Shown: positions 54,711 through 64,000 of the stretch, one piece after another
Numbering within the stretch: position 1 is the stretch's first letter
How the letters are laid out: each line of letters starts with the position of its first letter
NCBI GenBank assembly: GCA_041690055.1
Contig: JBDNFB010000084.1
Span: forward strand, 28,086 to 92,085
DNA length: 64,000 nucleotides
From: Myxococcota bacterium
Lineage (GTDB): Bacteria > Myxococcota_A > UBA9160 > UBA4427
Reading direction: 5' to 3'
Translations under genes and position numbers: made by a program
Notes under the pieces: generated by a model
Databases searched by the model: none
What the model was told of the DNA's origin: nothing
The model's input: the letters and a program-made list of their open reading frames with translations, nothing else

Positions 54711-55667
54711 ATGTCCGCAGTACGACACCTTCGCAGAAGGACCTACGAAGTCCTCGAAGTGAGCCAATCCGGCGATTGGCTCTCTCGGGCAATCGATCTC
54801 CTGCTGATGTCATTGATCGCGGGCAATGCGATCGCGGTCGTTCTCGAATCCGTCGTGAGTATTGCGCAGACCTATCAGGATCTTTTCTGGGCGTTCGAAA
54901 AAATTTCGGCCGCAGCCTTTTCGGCAGAACTCATCCTCCGAATCTGGGCCGCTTCAGAAAACCCATCCCTTAAAGGCGGCCCTTGGCGCAAGCGCTTTCG
55001 CTACCTGACCTCTCCGATGGCACTCGTAGACCTCGTCGCGGTTTTGCCTTTCTATCTTGTGACATTCTTCTCGATCGACCTCCGCATCCTGCGCATTCTT
55101 CGCCTACTCCGAATCGTCAAATTCACCCGCTATTCCATGGCCTTCGGTCGCATCGTCGAAGTCTTCCAACTTCAGCGCAACGCGCTCATGACCTCACTCT
55201 TTCTAATGGGCATCGCCGTCGTCGTCTCTGCCGGCATCCTCTACGCCGTTGAGAGCAACGCACAACCCGAAGCGTTCGGTTCGATTCCCGCCGCCATGTG
55301 GTGGGCGATCTGCACGCTCACGACGGTCGGCTACGGCGACGTCACGCCAGTGACAGCTCTCGGTAAAGCCGTGACCGCCGGGATCAGCGTGATTGGAATC
55401 GGGCTCGTCGCGCTTCCCACAAGTATTTTCACAGCCGGCTTCGCCAAATCCATGGCGAATAGCGAGCACACCCTCGAAGAGAATGCGCGAAACGCCCTCG
55501 CGGACGGCATCTTCGACGGCGATGAGCAGCTGGCATACCAACAGCTCGCGGAGTCGCTCCACGTAGAGCCCTCCACCGCGCGAGAAGTCATCGATATGGT
55601 TATTCGTAAACAGACATTGGGCGACCTATTTGACTGCCCGCACTGCGGGAAATCACTCGACGCCTGA
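54711..55667 (+). CDS. voltage-gated-type potassium channel (ion transport protein)
   Basis: The ORF opens at 54480 and the ATG at 54711 gives 318 aa. The S4 voltage sensor reads LRILRILRLLRIVKFTRY and the K+ selectivity filter reads TTVGYGD. The C-terminal cytoplasmic tail carries CPHCG. Confidence 0.9.
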   Translation: MSAVRHLRRRTYEVLEVSQSGDWLSRAIDLLLMSLIAGNAIAVVLESVVSIAQTYQDLFWAFEKISAAAFSAELILRIWAASENPSLKGGPWRKRFRYLTSPMALVDLVAVLPFYLVTFFSIDLRILRILRLLRIVKFTRYSMAFGRIVEVFQLQRNALMTSLFLMGIAVVVSAGILYAVESNAQPEAFGSIPAAMWWAICTLTTVGYGDVTPVTALGKAVTAGISVIGIGLVALPTSIFTAGFAKSMANSEHTLEENARNALADGIFDGDEQLAYQQLAESLHVEPSTAREVIDMVIRKQTLGDLFDCPHCGKSLDA

Positions 55668-55681
55668 GTGCCTGCACTATC

Positions 55682-56605
55682 ATGGAGGGTATGCGCGAAA
55701 TCATCCTCCATCACTACGACCTCTCCCCCTACGCCGAAAAAATGCGCCTCGCCCTAGGCTTCAAGGGCATGACTTGGCGCTCCGTTCAGACACCCATGGT
55801 TCTCCCCAAGCCGGATCATTTCGAATTGACCGGCGGCTATCGCCGCGTCCCGGTCCTGCAGCTTGGCGCGGACCTCTACTGCGATAGTCATCTGATCACG
55901 CGCGTGCTCGACCGCCTCCAGCCCAGTCCTCCACTCGCGCCGCCCGGCCTCGAAACAGTCTCCCATGCGGTCTCGCGCTGGGCGGAAACCAGCTTCATGA
56001 TGCTGATCAACGCCTTCTTCGGAATCGGCGGCGTCTTCCCCGAAGAGTTCATAGACGATCGTCGAAAACACATGATCCCGCCTACGATGGATCTTGATGC
56101 GGCGCCCAAAATTCTCGCGACAAAACTGCTTCAGCTGAGAGCCAATGTCATGCGCCTCGAGGGCATGCTTGAAGACGGTCGACCTTACCTGTTAGGCAAC
56201 GCACTCTGCGCGTCTGATCTTTCTGCCTATCACCCTGTTATGATGTTTACGCTCCATGCAAAGACGCGGGCTCTGTTGGATGGCGCGGACCGGGTCCAGG
56301 CTTGGGTCAGGCGGGTTCGCAGCGTAGGGCATGGGACGTCGACGCCGCTCGATGCCGCAGAAGCAATCGATGTCGCGAGAGATGCCGAGCCGCAAGCCTT
56401 CGGAGGGGAGCCCGTCCTTCCGGAAGGCATGTCCATCGGCGATCGCGTGATCGTCCTCCACGACGATTACGGCTCGGGTAATGTGATGGGGGCTCTGTCG
56501 GAATCGGGACTCGACGAGATCGCCATCCGCCGCCAGACCGACCGCGCGGGCGAAGTCGTCGTCCATTTTCCTCGCGAGGATTTCACGGTCATCGCGATCG
56601 ACTGA
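55682..56605 (+). CDS. glutathione S-transferase-like protein with an extra C-terminal domain
   Basis: 307 aa. The N-terminal thioredoxin-like GST domain reads ILHHYDLSPYAEKMRLALGFKGMTW..VPVL, followed by a helical GST-C-like middle region. The last 90 aa or so are unassigned. Confidence 0.55.
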   Translation: MEGMREIILHHYDLSPYAEKMRLALGFKGMTWRSVQTPMVLPKPDHFELTGGYRRVPVLQLGADLYCDSHLITRVLDRLQPSPPLAPPGLETVSHAVSRWAETSFMMLINAFFGIGGVFPEEFIDDRRKHMIPPTMDLDAAPKILATKLLQLRANVMRLEGMLEDGRPYLLGNALCASDLSAYHPVMMFTLHAKTRALLDGADRVQAWVRRVRSVGHGTSTPLDAAEAIDVARDAEPQAFGGEPVLPEGMSIGDRVIVLHDDYGSGNVMGALSESGLDEIAIRRQTDRAGEVVVHFPREDFTVIAID

Positions 56606-56629
56606 GCTCTTCGGACCGACTCCGGCGCT

Positions 56630-57877
56630 TCAGTCGCGACCCATCAATTCAGAATAGGTCCGTTCGAGTTCGATATTCAGTTCCGACCGATCGAATTCTG
56701 CTTCGACGTGCCGACGGCCGGCGCTGCCCATATCCGCCCACGCTTCAGGATGCGCGACGAGCCACCCGAGTCGTTCGGCAAGCGCATCCACATCTCGATC
56801 GGGCACAAGGAATCCCGACTTCCCGTCGCGAACCGCCTCGGGGATGCCGCCCGTCTGCGTCGCAACGACGGGCAAACCGCATGCCTGGGCTTCCGCAAAA
56901 ACGAGCCCCTGCCCTTCTTCCGCACCATCAGCCCCACGCACGCAGGCCATCGCGAAAAGGTCGGCGCGCGCATATCGCGCCTGCACCTCTCCCTGATCTA
57001 CTCCACCCGCGAATTCGACTGCATCCGCGAGGCCCAACTCCCGCGCAAGCGACTCAAGCGGGACGCGAAGAGGTCCGTCGCCAAGAATTTCGAGCTGCGT
57101 GTTGGGATGGTCTGCGTGCACGAGTTGAAACGCGCGAAGCAAAAACTCGAACCCCTTCACCTCGACCAGTCGACCCGTAGAGACGATGCGGATTGCATCC
57201 TTCTTGGCTTCGGCCCGCGCACGAAAAGCGTATCTCGACAGATCGACGCCCATCGGATGCCGCACGAGCCGATCACGCGGACAGCCCAGGGCGGCGGCAC
57301 CTTCGAGGATGAAATCCGTATTCGCCATGAAGAGATCGCCATCGGCGAAGAGCGAGCGATAGACGTCCTTCCCGTAGCGCCTCGGAAAGACGTTCACGTC
57401 ATAGCCGTGAAAACTCGTGACGATCTTGCCTTCGAGAATCCCTGCGTCTCGGTAGAAAAGTGCGCGAAGGCCATTCGGTGCAAAATGGCTGTGCAGAATG
57501 TCATAGCGTCGCGGCGGAGCCAGTGAGAAGGCACCAAAAAGGAGCGCTCCCGAGGCCGCTAACGGCCCGTAGCGCCGCCCGTTCAGCGCGCGAGCGAAAC
57601 CCCGCCCGCCTTTCGGCGCATTCGACAAAACGCCCAGGCCCGCCTTCGCAACACGAACGATCCGAGAGGTCGGCAACTCCGTAAATGTAGTCCGCTCGAG
57701 CAGAGCGTAATCGCGCAGATTCGCATCGAGCGCATCTTCGTCCCCGCGACGCGACGCAATAATATCGACCTCGTGACCTCGATCGAGAAGTCCAACGATT
57801 TGATTGACGATGAACGTCGTCGACCGTGCCGGAAATTCGCCTACGAGCATGGCGATCTTCAATCGGTCGCTCGTCAT
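56630..57877 (-). CDS. glycosyltransferase family 4 (GT-B fold)
   Basis: 415 aa with the C-terminal motif EGQGLVFAEAQACGLPVVAT typical of GT4/GT1. It has a 4-nt overlap with the upstream flippase gene. Confidence 0.85.
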   Translation of the reverse strand: MTSDRLKIAMLVGEFPARSTTFIVNQIVGLLDRGHEVDIIASRRGDEDALDANLRDYALLERTTFTELPTSRIVRVAKAGLGVLSNAPKGGRGFARALNGRRYGPLAASGALLFGAFSLAPPRRYDILHSHFAPNGLRALFYRDAGILEGKIVTSFHGYDVNVFPRRYGKDVYRSLFADGDLFMANTDFILEGAAALGCPRDRLVRHPMGVDLSRYAFRARAEAKKDAIRIVSTGRLVEVKGFEFLLRAFQLVHADHPNTQLEILGDGPLRVPLESLARELGLADAVEFAGGVDQGEVQARYARADLFAMACVRGADGAEEGQGLVFAEAQACGLPVVATQTGGIPEAVRDGKSGFLVPDRDVDALAERLGWLVAHPEAWADMGSAGRRHVEAEFDRSELNIELERTYSELMGRD

Positions 57878-59388
57878 ACTCTTCTCTCTCCAAACTTGAG
57901 TTCACGCCGCAGCGAGAGCATATCGCGCGCGGCCGAAAATCCGCCGGGCAGCAACAGCGAAGTGATTCCATAGACCGCACCAAAGGTCGCTAGGTCGAAG
58001 AGGACGTGAAGCCATGAAGCAATCTCAAGAGCGTTGGGTATCGAGGTCAATGCGCCACTCAGGGCAATCGCGGCTGCGATCAGGGCGGCTGCGAACGGCC
58101 GCCAAAGCACACGTGCGAGATCCGAAAGCATGACCGGGCTCGTCCGGAAGCAGTAGATGACGCCCGGAAGCCAGAGGGAACACACGCCGACGCTGTACCC
58201 GACCGCCACGCCTTCGACGCCCCACATTCCACCGATCAGAATACAGACCACACGCACACTCGCCGAGAAAATCGCCCAGCGAAGTTGCTGTCGCGCATTG
58301 CCGAGCGAAACGTAGACCCAGCCCGTAGCAGCACGGAGCCCCTCAAAAAGAGCAGCGGGCGCGAGCAACCTGAAGATCGACGCCGCCTCCACCCATTGGG
58401 GTCCGAGCACGAGCAAGGTCAACTCGTTCGCGAAAACAAAGAAGGCGACCGAAACGGGTACGCTCACCGATCCAAGGAGCTGCATGCCACGTCGGTAGTA
58501 ACCCCGAAAGCGTTCGGGCTCGTTTTGCAGACTGCTCAAGACCGGAATCGCAACACGGGCCACGGAGACATTCATCTGTTCGACGAAGAGCATGCTCAGT
58601 TGAATCGCCTTCGAATAGAACCCAAGAGAGGTCGCGCCAAAGCGCCAACCAATCAAGAAGACATCGACACTCCGCGCGATCGAGCCACAAAGACTGACGA
58701 GGCTGAGTCGACCTCCGAACGCGATTAGGGAGCGGATTTCGACGTTTCGATCGAAGCGCCCTGGTCGCCATTCGCAAAGCCACCAGCTCCCCACGCTAAG
58801 AATGCACGCGCTCGTCAAGGGCATCGCGACTAACGCCCAGTAGCCGGCACCACCGATTGCGACAGCAACCCCGATGCCGGTGCTCATAAGAACCGCGAAG
58901 ATCTCGACCACCGCCAGGGACGAGAACGCCAACCTTCGGCGCAAGAGTGCCGTGTGTTGAACACCTAAGCCGCTTACGAAAAAAGTTAGCGCCATCGCGA
59001 GACCGATAAAGAGGAGCCTCGGCTCCGCGTAGAGCCACGCGAGCACGGGGCTCATCATCGCTACGCCAAGCGTCAATCCCGATCCGATCAAAACGTTTGT
59101 CCAGAAGAGTCCCGTTTGTTGGGCATCAGTGATGTCCGCGCGCTGGACGGCGGCAATCGATAATCCGAAATCCTTGAAGCGAGAGAAGAAGCCCGTGAAG
59201 GCAAGGACCATCGCGACCATGCCGAAGTCTTCCGGCCGCAATAAACGCGCGAGCACGGCGATCGACCCCAGCTGCAATAGGAGCTTCACGGCTTGCGATG
59301 CCAGGGTTGCGACGCCACCGCGCACGGACCGACCTCTTAGGTCGGCCTCACGCATTGCTTTCAGATCTGCCGTGTCGGTTTTTTGCAT
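57874..59388 (-). CDS. polysaccharide biosynthesis protein / Wzx-type flippase (MOP superfamily)
   Basis: 504 aa with about 12-14 TM segments. The N-terminus VATLASQAVKLLLQLGSIAVLARLLRPEDFG is typical of Wzx/RfbX-like proteins. Confidence 0.8.
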   Translation of the reverse strand: MQKTDTADLKAMREADLRGRSVRGGVATLASQAVKLLLQLGSIAVLARLLRPEDFGMVAMVLAFTGFFSRFKDFGLSIAAVQRADITDAQQTGLFWTNVLIGSGLTLGVAMMSPVLAWLYAEPRLLFIGLAMALTFFVSGLGVQHTALLRRRLAFSSLAVVEIFAVLMSTGIGVAVAIGGAGYWALVAMPLTSACILSVGSWWLCEWRPGRFDRNVEIRSLIAFGGRLSLVSLCGSIARSVDVFLIGWRFGATSLGFYSKAIQLSMLFVEQMNVSVARVAIPVLSSLQNEPERFRGYYRRGMQLLGSVSVPVSVAFFVFANELTLLVLGPQWVEAASIFRLLAPAALFEGLRAATGWVYVSLGNARQQLRWAIFSASVRVVCILIGGMWGVEGVAVGYSVGVCSLWLPGVIYCFRTSPVMLSDLARVLWRPFAAALIAAAIALSGALTSIPNALEIASWLHVLFDLATFGAVYGITSLLLPGGFSAARDMLSLRRELKFGERRV

Positions 59389-59447
59389 TCGACGTCGCGG
59401 CCTCTACCGGTTCCAGCCGAAGCGTTCACGCAGTTCGAGAACGCCCT

Positions 59448-60494
59448 TCATTCTTGAAGTTGCTCCCGCTCGATCTCGTGCGGCATCAGATGCAAGGCGA
59501 GCGTCTGTTGTACGTAGCCCACCAATCGAACGTGGTAGTAGGCAACGAGCGCCGGGAACGATTGGAGCGTCTCAAGAACCGATTTCCCTTTTCGGAAGAG
59601 ATCGTTGTACGTGATGGCGGCCAGAGCGAGCACGAAAAAGAACAGCGGCACGATCCAAAGCCGTGCATCCAGCAGAACGAACGGAAGCGAAGCATACGTG
59701 GCTATGAAGGGGAGCATATCGATGCGATGCTGCAGAGAAAATTTGTAGACGAGACGAGCCGCCGACCGACCGCCCCGATACGCCTGTTTAAAGAACGATT
59801 GTTGGTCGTAGTAATGCTCGTGATAGACCTCGGCTGCAGGACAGGCGAGCATCTCGCAGCCGGCAGCCCGCAGCCTTAGGAAGATGCCCTCTTCATCGGA
59901 GCGACCCGAAGTCTTGAGGTCCGGTTCCTCGCCCTCGGCGCGGTAGCCGTAGTCCTCGTCGAGCATATGCGCTTCGAGCAGTGATTTCCGAATCGCCATA
60001 TTCCCTGCGATCAAGCGGTGCGCAGGACCCGGCCGGCCGAGTCGGTGCGTCCCCTTGAAGGTGAGCTCCCAGATATTGCTCGGCTCGGGGTCAGTCACGA
60101 GACCCGTCACCGCCGCGATGTCCGCGCTCACAAATCCCGAGATGAGATTCTCGAGCCAATCGGGTTGAGCAAGGCAATCGCTGTCCAGAAACGCGATGAT
60201 CTCGCCGCGCGCCTGTCGAATGCCGCGATTTCGACTCGGATTTGCTCCGAGGTTCCGCCCGTTCAGCAAAATTTTCAACCCGATTCCACGCGCCTCGCAT
60301 TCGGGGCGAAGCGACTCAAGAACCTCGACGCTGTCGTCGGTCGACCCATCGTCGATAACGATGATTTCGAAACCGGAGCAGGTCTGCTGCGTGAGTGCCG
60401 TGACGCAGCGCCAAATCAGATCACGACGATTGCAGGTCGGAATCACAATCGAGACAGAATCCGTCAAGTTCGTCATGCCCGTCGCCTGCGTCAT
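59448..60494 (-). CDS. glycosyltransferase family 2 with C-terminal TM segments
   Basis: 348 aa with VSIVIPTCNRRDLIWRCVTAL, IVIDDGSTD and FLDSDC (DxD). Confidence 0.85.
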   Translation of the reverse strand: MTQATGMTNLTDSVSIVIPTCNRRDLIWRCVTALTQQTCSGFEIIVIDDGSTDDSVEVLESLRPECEARGIGLKILLNGRNLGANPSRNRGIRQARGEIIAFLDSDCLAQPDWLENLISGFVSADIAAVTGLVTDPEPSNIWELTFKGTHRLGRPGPAHRLIAGNMAIRKSLLEAHMLDEDYGYRAEGEEPDLKTSGRSDEEGIFLRLRAAGCEMLACPAAEVYHEHYYDQQSFFKQAYRGGRSAARLVYKFSLQHRIDMLPFIATYASLPFVLLDARLWIVPLFFFVLALAAITYNDLFRKGKSVLETLQSFPALVAYYHVRLVGYVQQTLALHLMPHEIEREQLQE

Positions 60495-60592
60495 ACCCGA
60501 CTCCCACTCTGCGTACGGATTCCAGCGCGTGTTGGAGTTTCACTGGAATGAGGATTGGCACTTTCGCGAGGAACGCCAGATACTCCCGCGAT

Positions 60593-61600
60593 ATGGTCCA
60601 ACCCGACGCTAAACAGATCGGCCAGCGGGATCGCGGCGCATCGGAGAGCCCGCAATCGAGCGTCTGCATCTGCATAGCGACCTGTCGTCGGCCCGAGCAC
60701 CTGCGGAAAACGCTGATGAGCCTCGCCGGACTCGACATGAGCGCACGCCCGAACGACACCGTTCGCATCGTCATCGTCGAAAACGACGTCGAGGCATCGA
60801 GTGAGCCCGTGATCGACGGGCTGCGCTCGACGATCCCCTGGCCGGTCGAGTACGCGGTCGAAAGCCGCCCCGGGATCTCGTTCGCGCGAAACACGCTCGT
60901 CCAGCTCGCCGGCGACAGCGACTTCATCGCCTTCATGGATGATGATGAGGTCGCCGAATCGAATTGGCTCACAGCCCTCCTCGCGACTCGGCAAACGACC
61001 GGAGCAGATGCCGTCTTGGGCCCTGTCCTGCCGCGCTTCGAAGCTCCGACGCCCGCTTGGCTTGTCCCCTTCTTTGATCGGCGACGCGCGAAAGACCAGG
61101 CCGAAGTCGACGCCCGCGATTTCCGCTCGGGCAACGTGTTGGTTACCGTCGAGGCGCTGCGCACGATCGAAGGTCCCTTCGATCCTGCCTTCGCCCTCAC
61201 CGGTGGCTCGGACGGATTCCTCGGGCAACTCCTCGAAGCAGGAGGCGCACGTTTCTTCTGGTCGGACGAGGCCATCGTGCACGAGACCATTCCGGCGGAT
61301 CGCGCTCGGGTCTCCTGGCTGCTCCGTAGGCATTTCCGAACCGGAATGGCACTCGCGATCATCCGCATCCGGATCGAGGGTCGGCTCTTTGGCACGCTTC
61401 ACTGCCTTACCAAAGGCTTCGGCGCCGTATTCCTTGGGATGCTGTCTACGACTAAAGGACTGGTCGCTGGGCGTAGGGGGCTGCTCGAAGGACTGGTGCT
61501 GGCCGCGTCCGGCGCTGGCAGTCTCTTCGCTCTGATAGGCGGACGCTTCCAAGAGTATGGATCCGTGCATAACAACCCATCTCCGCTCAACACTCCCTGA
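60593..61600 (+). CDS. glycosyltransferase family 2
   Basis: The ORF opens at 60548. It reads VCICIATCRRPEHLRKTLMSL, then IAFMDDDEVAE (DxD), and has C-terminal TM helices. Two long minus-strand ORFs over the same DNA are judged shadow frames. Confidence 0.8.
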   Translation: MVQPDAKQIGQRDRGASESPQSSVCICIATCRRPEHLRKTLMSLAGLDMSARPNDTVRIVIVENDVEASSEPVIDGLRSTIPWPVEYAVESRPGISFARNTLVQLAGDSDFIAFMDDDEVAESNWLTALLATRQTTGADAVLGPVLPRFEAPTPAWLVPFFDRRRAKDQAEVDARDFRSGNVLVTVEALRTIEGPFDPAFALTGGSDGFLGQLLEAGGARFFWSDEAIVHETIPADRARVSWLLRRHFRTGMALAIIRIRIEGRLFGTLHCLTKGFGAVFLGMLSTTKGLVAGRRGLLEGLVLAASGAGSLFALIGGRFQEYGSVHNNPSPLNTP

Positions 61601-61648
61601 ATCCCATTCAAGCAAGCGCGCCCTCCTCCGCCGCAAACACATCGGCGA

Positions 61649-63334
61649 CTAGTACAGATACACGTCGTTGAACAGGATGCCCTTCATCGCCAACCGTAGA
61701 TCGGTCGGCCGCTCGATGCCTTCGGGAGAAAGCTGCAAGCGGCAGGCTTCCTTGGACTCGAAATGGTGGAGTCCACTATCGATCCAGGCTTGCTGCCCCG
61801 CTTCAATCACGCGACCGTCGATTTCCAGGATCGTCCCCCGCGCACAGGCAATGAGGTAGTTCCCTGCGAAGAGCACTCCGTGTTCGCTCGCGCCCGCTTG
61901 AATCGTCGGTGCATAAAGAAGGATATTCCCAACATACGGGGCATAGTTTGCTGCGAGGTAACCAAGCACGGGCCCGGGAAGGTTCCGAATCCTGTAGTTG
62001 GTGATCAGCAGCTTCGGCGGGTCCGCCGCGATCCTCTCGATGACTTCGCGGGGATCCCTTGCGGCGACTCGACTCAGTCGCCGCGCGTCCAGCCAACTGA
62101 ATTCGACCGGCATCTGGCGTCGGGTATGCAACATGGAAACACCGGCAAGATACGAGCCGCCTTCTTCCAAAATCTCGTTCGCAATCGAAACCGACGAGCG
62201 TTGAAGCGAATTGTCTCGGCCCAAGACCGTCGGAATCCGGCGCGCAGGATAGACGACGCCCAGCAGAACCACGATCAAGAGAGCCAAAGCGGAGAATGCA
62301 TTCCAACGGCGAATCGAGAAATCATAGAAAGCGGCGATCAAGATCCAGGCCGTCGGGATGAGCAGCACGAAGAAATACGGCCAGGGTTGTTTGTGCCAGA
62401 GACCAAGACCGAGCAGAGCCGCACCGTAGGTCAGCAGCGTCCAGTCCCGATATGAGATCCCAAGTCCGCCGAGAGAATCCCCTTCCGCGACGTCGCGGTT
62501 TCGAAAGACGACGATCTGTCCCATAGAAAGAAAGGCGAGCGCCCAGAAGAAGGGATTCCGACCGAGCGTCTGGAACCAGAAATGGCGGATGTCATACATC
62601 TGCGTGAGCGCGATATGTTGATTTCTGAGGAGAACTTCATGCGCGACCGTTCCAGCAGAAGTCACGACCGCCCAGAACAAGAAGTAGAGCGCGATTGGCG
62701 CGCATGCGGCGCAGGTGAACCGAAGGCAGTCAGTGAATTCGCTGCGATACCGCCTCTGAAAGAGCCAATGCGTTCCAAGCGCGAAGCCACCGCAGAGGAT
62801 GAAGTAGATGCCCTTTTGTGAGACCAGGAAACTGACGCCCGCGAGCACGCCCGCGAGCAACAACCGACGATCAAGCAGGTAGATCAGCCCGAAGAGTCCA
62901 AACAAGCTCGTCAACATATCCACGCGGAGAGAGGCTGACCGCTCAAGAAAGGTGCTCATCGAAACCAGCATCAAGGTCGCCAGCAGAATCGACAACGACG
63001 AGAAGTGTTTCGAAAGCTTGCGTGCTGCAAAAAAGATTGAGCACGCCGTCACCAAGGCCATCGCCTGCTTAACGAGCATCATCTGCAACCAGGGGTCACT
63101 CGAGAGCAGCATTGGTGGTAGCTGGAGGTAGTAGCCGAGCACCGTCTTGTATGGTTTGAAATCCGCATAGGGGATTTCACTCGTTAGGCGATACACCGCG
63201 CTGGCGCCTTGAAATTCGTCCATCACCAAGGGCAACCGTGCGATGTAGACAAGTTCTATGCCCAAGTAGACGAAACAGAGCAGCGCCAGGGCCGGTATGA
63301 AATACTCTTCGAGTTTGCGAGCGAGCGAATCCAT
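61649..63334 (-). CDS. polytopic membrane protein, GT-C-like, with a C-terminal soluble domain of about 170 aa
   Basis: 561 aa with about 12 TM helices. A D-E motif (LVMDEFQGASAVY) follows TM1. GC is lower than the window average. It has a 1-nt TAATG overlap with the upstream GT2 gene. Confidence 0.6.
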   Translation of the reverse strand: MDSLARKLEEYFIPALALLCFVYLGIELVYIARLPLVMDEFQGASAVYRLTSEIPYADFKPYKTVLGYYLQLPPMLLSSDPWLQMMLVKQAMALVTACSIFFAARKLSKHFSSLSILLATLMLVSMSTFLERSASLRVDMLTSLFGLFGLIYLLDRRLLLAGVLAGVSFLVSQKGIYFILCGGFALGTHWLFQRRYRSEFTDCLRFTCAACAPIALYFLFWAVVTSAGTVAHEVLLRNQHIALTQMYDIRHFWFQTLGRNPFFWALAFLSMGQIVVFRNRDVAEGDSLGGLGISYRDWTLLTYGAALLGLGLWHKQPWPYFFVLLIPTAWILIAAFYDFSIRRWNAFSALALLIVVLLGVVYPARRIPTVLGRDNSLQRSSVSIANEILEEGGSYLAGVSMLHTRRQMPVEFSWLDARRLSRVAARDPREVIERIAADPPKLLITNYRIRNLPGPVLGYLAANYAPYVGNILLYAPTIQAGASEHGVLFAGNYLIACARGTILEIDGRVIEAGQQAWIDSGLHHFESKEACRLQLSPEGIERPTDLRLAMKGILFNDVYLY

Positions 63335-64000
63335 TATGGTCGACGCTCCGTCGACCGACGTCCGCTCCGGCTAGCCAGAGCCGAGAGCGTCCCGTAGGCC
63401 AATCCGAAGCCGCGGGCGAAGGATCGCACGAAGCTCATGGGCGCAAACCAGAGATGACGCGCGTACCCGGTATGAGAAACGATCGACAGGGTCATCGGCA
63501 TCTGCGCAAGAGCAAGCGCGACAAGGCAAAGACCCGACGCGCTCCCCGCGAACGCCGCGCCCGAAAGCGGCATTAGACCAACGCAAGTCAGGGACGCTAG
63601 TGCGAGAACCGGCTGGAGGTGGTCAGCGATCCCGCTATAAGAATCGCCGGCCATACGGTTCGGATATTCGACGTATAGCCAGGCGCGCCAATACCCCTGC
63701 TTCGACTGGGTTCGCAGGTAGGCCTTCAGCCGATTCGGATGGAAATGCTTGACCTTCGAACGTCCTTCGAAACCGAGTCGCCCCCCGGATTGCCGAATCC
63801 GGAACGCGAGTTCGGCGTCCTGCGCCATGATGAAGCGCTCGTCGAAGCCGTCGACCTTCTCGAGCATGTCGCGGCTGTAGAGCACGTTGAACGTCGCGAG
63901 GAAATTGACCTCCTCGAGCATCGCCCGATGCCGCTCGATGATCTCTTCGTGGATCAAGCAGGCCAGCAGCGATTCGGGTCGCATGTTTCCGTAGCTTCCG
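63334..64000 (-). CDS. glycosyltransferase family 2, C-terminal part; 5' end lies outside the window
   Basis: The frame stays open past the listed ATG at 63984 to the window edge (...GSYGNMRPES...). It reads FNVLYSRDMLEKVDGFDERF..AQDAELAFR (GT2 acceptor-side motifs) followed by TM helices. Confidence 0.75.
   Translation of the reverse strand, partial: GSYGNMRPESLLACLIHEEIIERHRAMLEEVNFLATFNVLYSRDMLEKVDGFDERFIMAQDAELAFRIRQSGGRLGFEGRSKVKHFHPNRLKAYLRTQSKQGYWRAWLYVEYPNRMAGDSYSGIADHLQPVLALASLTCVGLMPLSGAAFAGSASGLCLVALALAQMPMTLSIVSHTGYARHLWFAPMSFVRSFARGFGLAYGTLSALASRSGRRSTERRP

Noticed and set aside
60421-61642. Two long minus-strand ORFs (324 and 383 aa) overlapping the same 1-kb segment
   Set aside because: The plus-strand frame carries the GT2 signatures (CICIATCRRPEHL, FMDDDE) and C-terminal TM helices. 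The minus-strand translations are Ser/Arg/Pro-rich with no recognisable domain.
1-64000. Search for CRISPR arrays, tRNA/rRNA genes, IS elements, integrases, phage or known defence-system genes
   Set aside because: I found no spaced identical repeats of 25-40 bp and no cloverleaf-like or rRNA-like segments. I also found no transposase, integrase, nuclease-helicase or reverse-transcriptase motifs among the credible ORFs. This was an inspection by eye only. tRNAscan, Infernal, ISfinder or DefenseFinder could overturn it.

Overview
This is a 64-kb, roughly 60% GC, gene-dense stretch of chromosome from a diderm (Gram-negative type) bacterium. I support about 55 CDS, many joined by 1-4 nt stop/start overlaps. 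I recognised no rRNA, tRNA, CRISPR array, transposase, integrase or phage genes by eye.

Most of the content is ordinary metabolism and transport:
- a quinohemoprotein PQQ alcohol dehydrogenase and an RND efflux pair;
- LLM, MDR and SDR oxidoreductases and EthD proteins;
- a DUF35/SCP-x thiolase pair, an acyl-CoA synthetase and a MaoC hydratase;
- a GPH symporter and a Kv-type K+ channel;
- a trans-sulfuration PLP enzyme;
- MBL-fold hydrolases.

The envelope-related genes are more distinctive:
- a sulfatase-fold protein translationally coupled to a GT-C/TPR glycosyltransferase;
- a polysaccharide cluster of lower GC at 56.6-64 kb.

The most system-like locus lies at 45.6-52.5 kb. On the minus strand it encodes, in order, a TPR plus beta-barrel outer-membrane protein, a small Pro-rich secreted protein, an ECF sigma factor, a zinc-type anti-sigma factor and a translationally coupled secreted subtilase. 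A stand-alone Ser/Thr kinase and an orphan ECF sigma factor flank it. I flag it as a candidate non-canonical cell-surface signalling or secretion module. This is inference only.

Secondary observations:
- a TetR-linked enzyme with rifampicin-phosphotransferase-like architecture and an 18-bp x4 repeat at its 5' end;
- a DsbA-like protein whose CxxC motif reads SxxS;
- a (TTGGGG)n G-quadruplex motif inside a CDS;
- many short in-frame tandem duplications.

All family names come from motif and architecture recognition by eye. No database search was run. Start codons are the least certain part of the calls.
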